DNA of 59,073 bases, filler included. It is 6 parts of 6 records of this genome, joined end to end, with 100 filler letters (N's around TTAATTAATTAA, not from the genome) between each part and the next. Parts side by side here need not be neighbours in the genome. Positions count along the whole stretch, not along the records: positions 1 to 16,997 come from SRR31156797_8642; 5 more parts are not named here. One strand, given 5' to 3'. The notes beneath the pieces were generated by a model. It saw only the letters and a list, made by a program, of their open reading frames with translations, made no database searches and had not been told where the DNA came from. Every line of letters starts with the position of its first letter. The stretch's first letter is position 1. The position numbers and the translations under genes were made by a program. Shown piece by piece: positions 1-10,666 of the stretch.

Positions 1-333
1 TTTTTCATCCCCCTTCTTTGAGGGAGAGCCAGAAAGTGTTTCCTGGATAATCTTCCCCACCGAGTTCCCTTGTCCTGGGTATCTCGTTCTGTCAATTATT
101 TAGTCGGAAAAGTGATTGCCCTGTCTGAGCAACCCAATTTCCCAGAAATAAATATTAGTATTTGGTTAGGATTGTGCTGGGGTTTATGTTAGTGGGAATA
201 ATTCTCCATTTCTAATTTGACATTCTCTTTTGCTCCACCATATACTTGGTTTTACCTCTGTGCACCTGACTTTTCATCGTGATCGTCAGGGGGGACAAGG
301 TTAATTGTATAATTTTTGTATGTTGGAGGATTC

Positions 334-2424
334 ATGAAGTTGTCGAATATTAGGATGAAGCCCAAGCTCACCTCTATTCTTCTTTTAACCGCGATGCTTC
401 CGTTGTTGTTAAGCAGTACTTTTACGTACCGATTAGTCAATAATGCTTTAATGAATAAAGCGTATGATCAGCTGATAGCGATCAGGACAATTAAATAGAA
501 TCAAATCGAATCCTTTTTTAAGGAACGGCAAAGTGATGTGGAAACATTGGCAAAAGTGCCAATAATAATTGAGGCATTCGAAAAAATAGACGACATTTTT
601 AAAAACGAAAACGGAATTAAGGGTGACTTTAAAGGAAATACAAATGGTATGTATACTGCTCCCGCTTCTTACAAAAAAGTACACGATCAGTACTTTCCGT
701 TTCTCAAATTTTATATGGAACAGTATGGGTATTACGATCTGTTTCTAATGGATGCTGAAAATGGTGATATTAGTTTTACAGTAACCAAGGAAGCGGACTT
801 CGCTCAGAGAACAGCGTCGATCAACTCAGCCCTTAAGGATGTATGGCGTAAGGCAAAAGCTGGGTCGGTTGCTATCTCGGACACTAAACCATATGCACCT
901 TCAGCGGGTGCTCCAGCAATTTTTGTTGCCGCCCCACTAAATATTCGCGGTAAAATTACTGGCGTTGTTGCTCTGCAAATTTCCATTGACGCTATAAATT
1001 CGATAATGCAAGAAAGAGCTGGGTTGGGTGAAACTGGCGAAACATATCTGGTTGGCTCTGACCTCTTAATGCGATCAGACTCATTTTTAGATCCCACAAA
1101 CCATACAGTCACAGCATCCTTTGCCAACCCTTCCAAGGGAAAGGTTGATACAGTAGGAGCCAGAAATGCCTTAAGAGGGAATTCAGCAGAAGAAATAATA
1201 CTCGATTACAATGGTAATCCAGTTTTGTCTGTATATTCACCATTGCAAGTCGGTGAGAGCATGTGGGCTCTCCTCGCTGAAATCGACGAATCGGAAGTGA
1301 AAAAACCAATAAAGACATTTTTGATTTGGACGATAGGGATAGCTGCAGCATTAATTTGTGTGGCGGCGATAGTTGCTATATTTATTGCAAAGCAAATTGC
1401 CACTCCTCTTGCGAGAAGTGCAAAGCTGGCTCAGGCCATATCACAGGGAGGTCTTACCCAGCAAGTCGATATAGATCAAAAGGATGAAGTCGGCCAACTT
1501 TCAAGCGCTCTCAACAACATGGCCAGTGCACTCAGAGGGATGTTTACAGAAATTACAAGTGGTGTAAGTACATTGACATCTTCGTCAACTGAGCTTTCAG
1601 CCATCTCAAATCAGATGTCATCAGCTGCTGAGCAAACATCTCTTAAAGCAAACTCTGTTGCAACCGCAGCGGAAGAAATGAGCGCTAATATGGATTCGGT
1701 TGCTGCCGCCTCGGAAGAAGCTGCAACTAATGTAAATATAGTCGCGGCAGCGGCAGAGGAAATGACAGCCACAATCAACGAGATAGCAGATAGCACATCA
1801 AAGGCGAATGCTGCTACAAGTGAAGCCGCGAGTCAAGCCGAAACTGCAGCTGAAAGAGTCAATGAATTGGGAGTCGCCGCCGAGGAAATTAACAAGGTAA
1901 CTGAAACAATCACGGAAATTTCAGAGCAAACAAATCTCTTGGCCTTAAATGCAACAATTGAGGCTGCCAGGGCGGGAGAGGCGGGTAAAGGGTTTGCGGT
2001 TGTGGCAAATGAAATCAAAGATCTTGCTAAACAGACTGCCGAGGCTACCCAGGAAATCAAAAGTAAAATTGAAGCTGTTCAGAGATCAACCAATTTAACG
2101 GTGGAGCAGATAGGACAAGTCAATAAAATGGTCCAGGAAGCTAAGGACATGACCGAAACTGTTGCCTCTGCCATTGAAGAGCAATCAGTTACCACACAGG
2201 AAATTGCTAACAATGTTAACCAGGCTTCACAGGGGATTCAAGAAGTAACTACGAATGTAGCCCAAAGCTCAATCGTTGCCGGTGAAGTTGCGGAGGATAT
2301 AACAGAAATTGATAATGCCTCAACAGAGCTACAGCAGAGTTCTGGTCAAGTAAACCAAAGCTCGGAGGAGCTCAGCAGGCTTGCTGAGAATCTTTCCGCT
2401 ATGATGCAGCAATATAAGGTTTAA
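334..2424 (+). CDS. Methyl-accepting chemotaxis protein (TM-dCache-TM-HAMP-MCP signal) interrupted by one in-frame TAG at 496-498 (nonsense allele or amber read-through)
   Basis: GGAGG then ATG at 334. ORFs 316..498 and 538..2424 are in the same frame (ATT AAA TAG AAT CAA ATC GAA). The first TM lies before the TAG; the signal motif [34 protein letters not shown] lies after it. Confidence 0.92.
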
Positions 2425-2642
2425 CGAGGTATCGTAGCTCAGACTTGATCTGGCAGTTCACCATTTATTCAGGTGTCTGTCAGGTTAGATCTGAGCTCTT
2501 TTTCTCAGGCCAAAGCGATTTGCCATGCAGTAAGTTATCCAGTGGCGTTCTTCCGCAACACCTTTTACCTTGGTTCGTTTATTCCCTTCAAATACCTCCT
2601 GTAGTGCAGTGCTGCCTAGGTAAGGTTCATCAGCTTCTCCTC

Positions 2643-2892
2643 CTAGTTGGATAATCGCCATGGCCCGGTAATCTCCTCTTCTGCAAAAGAAACACTGGTT
2701 TCGCGTCTTATCAATGCCAATGTGTAACTGGTATCCATGACACGAAATACACCTTCCTGAATGTTGTGTGGAGAATTATCCTTCATATCGGTATGGGGTA
2801 AAATCAGGCATACTTGAGCGCACAACCCACATTGTTCACAAATTCCTCCAAAAGCGTTGTTTCTCGTTACTGTAATGCTCTGAAATGGTCAT
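2643..2892 (-). pseudogene. Frameshifted remnant of a 4Fe-4S (Fe-S)-binding protein gene
   Basis: Strong RBS (GGAGGAGG) and ATG at 2892 give MTISEHYSNEKQRF, then an early stop. A shifted frame continues CEQCGLCAQVCL, a CxxCxxCxxxC ferredoxin motif. Confidence 0.55.
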
Positions 2893-3403
2893 TGTAATCC
2901 TCCTCCTTCTCCCTTCCTTGCCCTTTAGTTTATGTCCCTTGCCACTTTCGAAGTTAATTTGCTGAATACATCCTTTATGATTTTGAATGACAACCACTCG
3001 AGACAGCAAACTAATATTTACCTGAGATTGCTGTGGTTAGTTTTACCTTACTTATTGTTACCCATTGATCGGCACGCAGGTGGGACGAGAATTCCATCTT
3101 TTTGGTGAATCCGTACCTTCACATAAAAGACCTTCCCGTTCATGCAATCTTTCACCGTTAATATTGCCATTTGAAGTATTAATATTCTTTGATACAATCT
3201 ACGGTAATAAGATACCTAGGATCGAAGACTAACTCTTTTTCATTGATTGCCATATCTTAAACCCTATTCCACCAGGTAATATGGTGAACTGTAGGGGTAC
3301 CTTGCATACATGAGAAGATAGGCTGAAACTTAGGTGTACGGCTCACTGGTTTTATCACCACTTTCCCTGTTTAAAAAAATGCTGCAGCCCGCCCGGAGCA
3401 ATA

Positions 3404-6400
3404 ATGAAAAAGTTTACCTGGCAGTTTCTGTTAACCATCTGTCTGTGCTGTACTCTTATTGTATTAGATCCAGGCAACCAGGCTGGCAGGGCCGGGGCTG
3501 AAGAGACACAGGCGGATCTTGGCTTATGTCCTTTTTTCCTTCTTCTCCTCAACTCATCTGGTGATCAGTGCAATTCGATCACTGCCGTGGCCAGTGTCTC
3601 TCAAACCTCAGGTGCAGCTCCTCTGACTGTTACCTTTAACGACCATAGCTGTGGAAAAATAGAGTCGTATCGATGGGATTTTGACGGCGACTCTGTTTGG
3701 GACTGGGCAGGTGCCTTTGCTGATAGTCAAAGTTATACCTACACACTACCTGGGCCATATACTGCTGTTTTGCAAGTTGAAGATGCACAGGGGAACACAA
3801 GCAGCCAGCAGGTTGTGATAGAGGTACACGATAATTCTGAGAACAGGAAGCCTTCCGTAACCTTTTCAACGACTACAGACAACCTGCTCAGCGGCCAGAC
3901 AGCCACCTTGTCATGGTCTGTAACAGATGCAGAAACTGTGACAATAAGTCCTGATGTCGGTTCAGTCGCCCTGACAGGAAGCACAAGCGTTTTCCTGACC
4001 TCTAGTGCCCGGTATACTCTTACTGCAACAGGCGCTGGCGGCATTGAAACTGTTACCAAGGATATAAATGTATTCTCTCCTGCTGCAGATGAGCTTTTGG
4101 TATATATTACCTCTCCTGCTGAAGGCCAACGGGTTGCATTCTCAACCGTAACAGTCAGTGGTATTGTAAATCCGTTAGGTGCTCAAGTGTATGTTAATGG
4201 TGTGCCTGCCGCAGTTGATAGTGATTCTTTTTCAGTTCAGATGAACCTGCCCCCTGGTGCCAACACCCTCATCGCAACGGTCTCCAAAGATGGGCAAACC
4301 GTCCAGGATAGCTCATGGGTGGTCACCGATTTCACCCGGGAAAGACAGCCCCAGGGTAGCTTTGGTGACGTATATGAAGCTCTTATTCCCGTCGACAGCA
4401 CCAAGGCTTCCTACGACGAGGAAAAATTCTCTGTCATTACCGGCCTTGTGGAGAATGAGGTGGGAACAAGCCTACCTGGAGTTACTGCCTCAATCCTGAA
4501 ACATCCGGAATACGGGACATCGACTACTGATGGCGAAGGGCGTTTTGCACTCCCTGTTGAGGGTGGCACTACCTATACCATTGTATACGAACACCCGAAT
4601 TATATCACTGCCCAACGGCGAGTAACTGTAGGTGAAAACAGTATTCCGCTAATCGAGCTTGTTCGCCTGGTCATGCTCGACCACAAAAGCACAAGAGTAA
4701 CTTTTGATAACGACCCTGATACCATCATTACCCACACAAGTACCTTGGTTACCGATACTGCAGGCAACCGAAGCACGACCATGGTCTTCCAGGGCGATAA
4801 CCCTGCCTGGGAGGTTGATGAACAAGGACAGCGGATTCGCAAGCTTGATACAATAGTTACCAGGGCAACCGAGTTTACTACCCCGGAAACAATGCCTTCT
4901 GTGTTGCCGCCAACTTCTGCGTATACCTATTGTGCTGATTTGACTGTTGATGGTGCAGAAAGGGTAGAATTTGACAAACCTGTTGTTATCTGGGTGGATA
5001 ATTTTATTGCCTTCCCAGTTGGCACGATAGTGCCGATTGGCTATTACGACCGCGATAGAGGAGCCTGGAGGCCCTCTGATAATGGGGTGGTGGCAAAACT
5101 ACTTGACACCAATAATGACGGAGTGGTCGATGCCATTGATGCAACAGGAGATGGTGTTAAAGATGATCTTGATGGCGATGGCAGATATGACGATGAAGTT
5201 GAAGGGCTGGGAGATGCAGCCAGATACCAACCGGACACTACCTTCTGGCGAGGCGAAGTTACCCATTTTACCCCATGGGATCTTAACTGGCCGTACGATG
5301 AGCCAGATGATTTTATAGAACCATATCTAAGCGACATTGACTTCTCAGACTCTGATTTCGATATGAGCGATTCAGAGTATGACTCTTCTACGCCAAAAGA
5401 CAAACAATTTGATAAGAGTGGTTGTCGGATAGAGCCTTACGGAAGGATCTTGAACGAGGAGGTTTATATCCCCGGAACTGAGGATTTAAACCTTACATAT
5501 AAAACAAGCAGAACAGACGGGTACGGCAATGCAATTACAATACCCGTTATTGGTGATACTGTACCGACTTCATTGATAAGAATACATGTATCCCTTTATG
5601 TGGGAGGGCGGAAGGTGCATCAGACCTTGGAATCGCCGGAAAGTAATGCAGCGGTAGAGTTTTACATCCCCTCAGAAGATGTGTTTGGCAACCCGCTTAC
5701 TGGGGAAATAAAAGTAGAGGTAGAGCTGGAATATGTTTATAGCGGCACCTTTGCTGTTCCTGAAGAATTTCAGGGCCAGGTTTTTGCTGAATTTGGGAAA
5801 GAACCTCTTGAACAAGCCGTTAGGTACCCTTTTTCAACGTGGGACTTTCGCACTTTTACCATAATTAAAGAGAAATCCGGCTCTAAGCTGGAAAACGGAC
5901 TTCCTAACGGGTGGTCTTTGTTGACACAACACCGCATTGAGCCAACTGCGCCGTCTCGTCTTATCAAAGGTGATGGAACCACAGTACGCGGTGCATCGGG
6001 GATTATAGATACTGTTATAGGTGGCGGTGAAACAAGTTGCAGTCAGGATCTGTCAGGAACCTTGGCACTGGCTGCTGACTTAGACAATGCAACTGGAATC
6101 GCCGAGGACTCCAAAGGGAATTTTTATTTCAGCTCCTCTGATTGTCATCAGGTATACAAAATGGACACTGATGGTTACCTAACAAGGATTGCCGGAAAAC
6201 CGGGAACCGAATCCTGCTCTCATTTAGATTCAGACGCGGTACTTGGTGATGGCGGTCCGGCGACGGGCGGCACCCTGTGTCGGCCTGCGGGATTAGCATT
6301 TGACAAAGACGATAACCTCTATATTGCAGACAGTAGACATCGCAGAGTCAGAAAGGTAGACACGAGCGGTATTATAACAACCGTAATGGGTAATGGTTTC

Positions 6401-9400
6401 CCTAGTCTTTCCTATGGAGATTTTACTGAGTTTACTAATCGGTGCATGCAGGATTGTACTGTAAATGACAATACACTAGGTCGTGTTTTTGACCTGACCA
6501 TTGATGAAGACGGGAATATTTATCTTCCCACTGGCGAGGGATTGAATACTATTGGGAAAATAAACACTAACGGCATATATCACACTATTGGCGGGGCCTG
6601 TAATCCAAATGATAGTTGGAGCGGAGGCGGAGATGAGTGTTCCGGTGGGGAAGGGGACTACACCAATGAAGTAGGGTTGAATCCTTATCGCGGAATTACC
6701 TATGGGCCTAACGGGAGTATCTATTTTGTTAATGACTACAATGAGGTAGCCAAGATTAGTCCCACCGGTGTTTTTTCAACCGTGGCAGTGTTCAGTGAGG
6801 ATTCTAACCTTGGTGGCCTTACCCAAGATCCCAATGGTAATATATATGTGGTCGACAGGCGAGAGAATTACATTTACAGGGTAGATCTCAGTGGTCAGGT
6901 CACTCTTTTGGTTGGGACCGGTGATCGTTCCACCTCTGCAGAAGAAAACGGTGACGGTGGGTTCGCTGTCGACGCTAAAATTAATGCCTGGGACAGCGGT
7001 TATTATGGTTCAGGCCTGCACTATTCTAATAACACCTTGTATTTTGCAGACAGTAAATGGGGCTTGTTTAGAAGTGTACGTGGAGCTTTGTTTAATTTTG
7101 ATACCTTCAAGGAGGCTGAAGATGATCTGGTCTTTGCAGAAGAAGGTTCTCTTGTTCATATCTTTGATGCAACCGGTCAGCATAAGAAAACAGTACATAG
7201 TGAAACCGGAATAACCCTGCGAGCCTTCCAATATGACCAAAACCGTTTGCAGTCAATCTCTAACCAGTTTGGCCAGTCAACAACTCTGCAGTATAGCCAA
7301 GAAGGAGACCTGGTTTCAATCACCTCGGCCACAGGGATAGTAACAACCCTGACCATTGATTCAGACAAAAACCTCACGCGTATACTTTTTGCTGACAATA
7401 CCGACTTTACTTTTACATACGATGAGAACAACCTGATGCTCAGCAAAACCGAACCAGCGGGAAATGTTTTTACTCACGAGTATAACACTATTGGTAAACT
7501 GACAAACGTTGCAGATGAGTTAGGTGGCAGTTGGGAATATGAAGTGGAAAAGTCTGAAAACGAACATTCGCGCATCATTATCACTACGGCAGAGGGAAAT
7601 ACTAAAACCATTGACGATACATACACTTCAACAGGTAGAAATGAGATAGAAACCACGTACCCATCAAGCGATGTTGAACTTGTTGTAAGAAAAAGTAATA
7701 AAAGTGAGGCGACTCTAGCCAATGGGATGAAGCAGACTGTGCAATACAACGTTGACCAGGAGTTTGGCTACATGTATGAGGAGCAGGTGAAAACCGAGAC
7801 GCCTGTAGCAGGCTTGATATTGGAAGTTAATACCTCAAAGGAGTATGAGGATACTAACGTTGACAACCTGACAGATTTGTTCACCACTACTGTTTCAATA
7901 AATGATAGAGATACAGTTGCCGTGTTTGATCGATCAAATTCAACGGTCACTATCACCTCTGCTGGAGGGAGGCGAGCGACTCAAACCTTTTCAGAAGCAA
8001 CGCTGCAGCCCTTGACAGAACAGTTTGCTGATTTGAACCAGTCCTCGTATGAATATGATGGTAGAGGTAACCTGATACAAATGAATCAGGGTAACAGAGA
8101 GCAATCCATGACTTATGACCTTGGCAACAACCTTGTCGCCAAAACTCAACCGGAAGGACAGGTAATAGGGTATACCCATGATATCTTTGGCAGGGTTACA
8201 AGCGTGACTAGGCCAGGAGGGAATATTACCAGTTTTGAATATGATGCAAATGGTATGGCAAGCAAGGTCACAACGCCGATGGGCAGTCAGTACACCTTCA
8301 GCTATAACAAGGCGAATAAAATAGCTGGAATTAGCCTACCTGATACTGTTGAGCAGGGAATCGGAGGCAGTTATCAGTTTGGTTATGACATGGACAGGCA
8401 CCTGATGACAATCACGTATCCGTCTACGGGCACAGTCAGCAATACCTATACCGGTGACAGACTTATATCCAAAAGCAGCTCTGACGGAACAATCATTTCC
8501 ATCGAATATGAAACTGGTGACAGGGTGAAAAAACGAACCAGGGGAAGTGAGTCAGTAGCATACACCTATGATGGCGCGCTCTTGCTGAACACCATCCACT
8601 CTGGCGCACTTGTCCAGACCATATCACGGACTTATAACGATAATTTCGAATTAGCGAGCCTTAGTTACGCAGGAACAATTCAAGAGCTTTACTATGACGA
8701 TGACGGTTTATTAGAAGATATCAACGATGAAATATATATTTACAGAGATTCAGGTACGGGCCTGGCTGATGGAGTTGAAGATGACTACTACTATTTGGAG
8801 AAATCATTTAACGGCTATGGTGGGCTGAACGGCGAGGATATTGATGTATATGGTCTTAGCCTTGATGTTGAAAGCAGTTGGTCGGTAACAAGAAATCGTA
8901 ACGGCCAAATAGTTACTCTATCAGAGAATTTTAACAACCAATCTTCATACGAATACACTTACGACGATCTTGGTCGCCTGACTACAGTGAAGAAAGACGA
9001 CAGTACTGTAGAGTCTTATGCGTATGATGCCAATGGTAACCGAACCCTGGACACTGGTGGTAATGTATATACATACGATGCCCAGGATCGTCTCATCGGT
9101 AAAGAAAGCATAACATTTACCTACACTGCAGACGGCTTCCTTGCATCCAGAACCGAGTCAGGGGATGATACATCCTATGAGTATTCTTTAATCGGAGAAC
9201 TGAAAAAGGTCACTAAACCTGATGGTGTTATAATTACCTACACCTACGACCCTTTAGGCCGGCGCATAACAAAAGCAATTGATGGTTCAATTGTTGAAAA
9301 ATACCTCTGGTATTCAAACACAGCCTTGCTTGCTGTATACGACGGAGCCGACATCCTGAAATACCGCTTTGAATATGCCGATAAAGAAGTCCCGCTGAGA

Positions 9401-10108
9401 ATGATAGATAACAACGGGGTCGCCCATTATTATATTGGTGATCACCTCGGTTCGTTGAGACAGGTTGTTGATGAGGAGGGCACTATTGTCAGAAGTATAG
9501 ACTATGATTCCTTTGGTAATATCCTGGTGGATACTGATCCAGACTCTGACATACCTTTTGGTTTTGCTGGTGGTTTATTTGATACAGACACCGGGCTAAT
9601 CCATTTCGGATTCAGAGATTATGATCCAGAAATTGGCCGCTGGACAGCAAGAGACCCAATACTATTCGCCGGTAAATCATCCAACCTCTATACTTATGTC
9701 GAAAATGATCCTGTCAACTTTACCGATAGAGTTGGCTTAAGCCCGAAAAAAGAGGGGCCGCCTGCTGGGAGAAAAAAAGGTATCAGTGGCAACACAGGTA
9801 GTTTTGTAAAAGATATGGCAAAGTTAGGGGGCGATTTTTTATATGACACGGCAGAAGCTCTCGCCTGGGTCAATTATCAGCTTGATAACAGCGATGATGC
9901 AGACCAAAAATATCACCAGGAGCTAGATGAAATCAGAAAGCTGGAAGAGAAAGGTGACGAAGGTGCTGATTTATGGGAAAATTTTGTTAACCTGACCTCT
10001 ATGGGTGGAAACGCTGGAGTAGATGTTAAGGCAGAAGGTATGAGCCAGGCTGGTAAGGGCATAGAATCTTGGGGGAACACTTTCGGAAACTGGCTTTTGG
10101 GTGATTAG
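3404..10108 (+). CDS. Secreted teneurin-like RHS/YD-repeat protein (signal peptide, PKD/Ig domains, carboxypeptidase-regulatory-like domain, NHL propeller, YD shell, RHS core, ~120-aa C-terminal tip)
   Basis: PKD motif (GAAPLTVTF..WDFDGD), NHL repeats (GDGGPA..PAGLAFD..LYIAD), many YxYD repeats, RHS core PFGFAGGLFDTDTGLIHFGFRDYDPEIGRWTARDP and DPVNFTDRVGL. Confidence 0.93.
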   Translation: MKKFTWQFLLTICLCCTLIVLDPGNQAGRAGAEETQADLGLCPFFLLLLNSSGDQCNSITAVASVSQTSGAAPLTVTFNDHSCGKIESYRWDFDGDSVWDWAGAFADSQSYTYTLPGPYTAVLQVEDAQGNTSSQQVVIEVHDNSENRKPSVTFSTTTDNLLSGQTATLSWSVTDAETVTISPDVGSVALTGSTSVFLTSSARYTLTATGAGGIETVTKDINVFSPAADELLVYITSPAEGQRVAFSTVTVSGIVNPLGAQVYVNGVPAAVDSDSFSVQMNLPPGANTLIATVSKDGQTVQDSSWVVTDFTRERQPQGSFGDVYEALIPVDSTKASYDEEKFSVITGLVENEVGTSLPGVTASILKHPEYGTSTTDGEGRFALPVEGGTTYTIVYEHPNYITAQRRVTVGENSIPLIELVRLVMLDHKSTRVTFDNDPDTIITHTSTLVTDTAGNRSTTMVFQGDNPAWEVDEQGQRIRKLDTIVTRATEFTTPETMPSVLPPTSAYTYCADLTVDGAERVEFDKPVVIWVDNFIAFPVGTIVPIGYYDRDRGAWRPSDNGVVAKLLDTNNDGVVDAIDATGDGVKDDLDGDGRYDDEVEGLGDAARYQPDTTFWRGEVTHFTPWDLNWPYDEPDDFIEPYLSDIDFSDSDFDMSDSEYDSSTPKDKQFDKSGCRIEPYGRILNEEVYIPGTEDLNLTYKTSRTDGYGNAITIPVIGDTVPTSLIRIHVSLYVGGRKVHQTLESPESNAAVEFYIPSEDVFGNPLTGEIKVEVELEYVYSGTFAVPEEFQGQVFAEFGKEPLEQAVRYPFSTWDFRTFTIIKEKSGSKLENGLPNGWSLLTQHRIEPTAPSRLIKGDGTTVRGASGIIDTVIGGGETSCSQDLSGTLALAADLDNATGIAEDSKGNFYFSSSDCHQVYKMDTDGYLTRIAGKPGTESCSHLDSDAVLGDGGPATGGTLCRPAGLAFDKDDNLYIADSRHRRVRKVDTSGIITTVMGNGFPSLSYGDFTEFTNRCMQDCTVNDNTLGRVFDLTIDEDGNIYLPTGEGLNTIGKINTNGIYHTIGGACNPNDSWSGGGDECSGGEGDYTNEVGLNPYRGITYGPNGSIYFVNDYNEVAKISPTGVFSTVAVFSEDSNLGGLTQDPNGNIYVVDRRENYIYRVDLSGQVTLLVGTGDRSTSAEENGDGGFAVDAKINAWDSGYYGSGLHYSNNTLYFADSKWGLFRSVRGALFNFDTFKEAEDDLVFAEEGSLVHIFDATGQHKKTVHSETGITLRAFQYDQNRLQSISNQFGQSTTLQYSQEGDLVSITSATGIVTTLTIDSDKNLTRILFADNTDFTFTYDENNLMLSKTEPAGNVFTHEYNTIGKLTNVADELGGSWEYEVEKSENEHSRIIITTAEGNTKTIDDTYTSTGRNEIETTYPSSDVELVVRKSNKSEATLANGMKQTVQYNVDQEFGYMYEEQVKTETPVAGLILEVNTSKEYEDTNVDNLTDLFTTTVSINDRDTVAVFDRSNSTVTITSAGGRRATQTFSEATLQPLTEQFADLNQSSYEYDGRGNLIQMNQGNREQSMTYDLGNNLVAKTQPEGQVIGYTHDIFGRVTSVTRPGGNITSFEYDANGMASKVTTPMGSQYTFSYNKANKIAGISLPDTVEQGIGGSYQFGYDMDRHLMTITYPSTGTVSNTYTGDRLISKSSSDGTIISIEYETGDRVKKRTRGSESVAYTYDGALLLNTIHSGALVQTISRTYNDNFELASLSYAGTIQELYYDDDGLLEDINDEIYIYRDSGTGLADGVEDDYYYLEKSFNGYGGLNGEDIDVYGLSLDVESSWSVTRNRNGQIVTLSENFNNQSSYEYTYDDLGRLTTVKKDDSTVESYAYDANGNRTLDTGGNVYTYDAQDRLIGKESITFTYTADGFLASRTESGDDTSYEYSLIGELKKVTKPDGVIITYTYDPLGRRITKAIDGSIVEKYLWYSNTALLAVYDGADILKYRFEYADKEVPLRMIDNNGVAHYYIGDHLGSLRQVVDEEGTIVRSIDYDSFGNILVDTDPDSDIPFGFAGGLFDTDTGLIHFGFRDYDPEIGRWTARDPILFAGKSSNLYTYVENDPVNFTDRVGLSPKKEGPPAGRKKGISGNTGSFVKDMAKLGGDFLYDTAEALAWVNYQLDNSDDADQKYHQELDEIRKLEEKGDEGADLWENFVNLTSMGGNAGVDVKAEGMSQAGKGIESWGNTFGNWLLGD

Positions 10109-10419
10109 TTCTACTTTGTGGCCATCCTGAAAAGGTATTCTCGACGTTTGTATTTCCATGAGAATACCTCTCAACCTGTGTTTGACGTGGCGAACCATTA
10201 ACCTGGAAACCCCATTAACGTCGCGCCTCCAGCGGTTGGGTAATGTGGAACGTTCTCCTCCATAAACTTTGTCGAGCCATGTTTCTTGTGCAGATGCAAG
10301 CTGGTCCATCCTTTCGATAACAGAGAGGGCAGTAAACTTTCCCTTTTTGTCATAGACAAGGTGCCAGGACGGCCAGTTATCGAGCAACAGTAAACCCTGC
10401 CATTTGCCTTTCTTTTTTT

Positions 10420-10500
10420 GGGAGACCAATTCTGCAAGTGCTCCGAGTATTTGCAGGAAAGCTTTTCCACTAGCTGTGGGAGTGGGTATCGACAGCATGA
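10420..10500 (-). pseudogene. Fragment of a serine recombinase/resolvase gene
   Basis: TASGKAFLQILGALAEL resembles the resolvase helix-E motif (DT.T..G.....ILGA.AE.ER). An out-of-frame VDT lies just before it; no intact N-terminus is visible. Confidence 0.45.
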
Positions 10501-10666
10501 TCGGCTCCGTTTTCCCCAGCGGTAAGTTTTTCCTTAATGTGTGTCTGCTGCCCGGGGGGCTATCGAGGAATATTGACGGATTGTAGAGGTGCCTCTGAGG
10601 CCTTGCTGCTGTGAGCTTTTTTAATGTTGCCGTTGGGTTTGGTCTACAGGGGGATGGTGGATAATC

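Noticed and set aside
20..140. Minus-strand AGGGAACTCGGTG upstream of an ATG at position 8, reminiscent of a cobalamin riboswitch
   Set aside because: The remaining conserved elements (CCCGC-ACTGT, B12 box) are not visible.
9971..10498. 175-aa minus-strand ORF as immunity protein for the RHS gene
   Set aside because: Wrong strand, overlaps the RHS 3' end, and only a short resolvase-like patch is recognisable.
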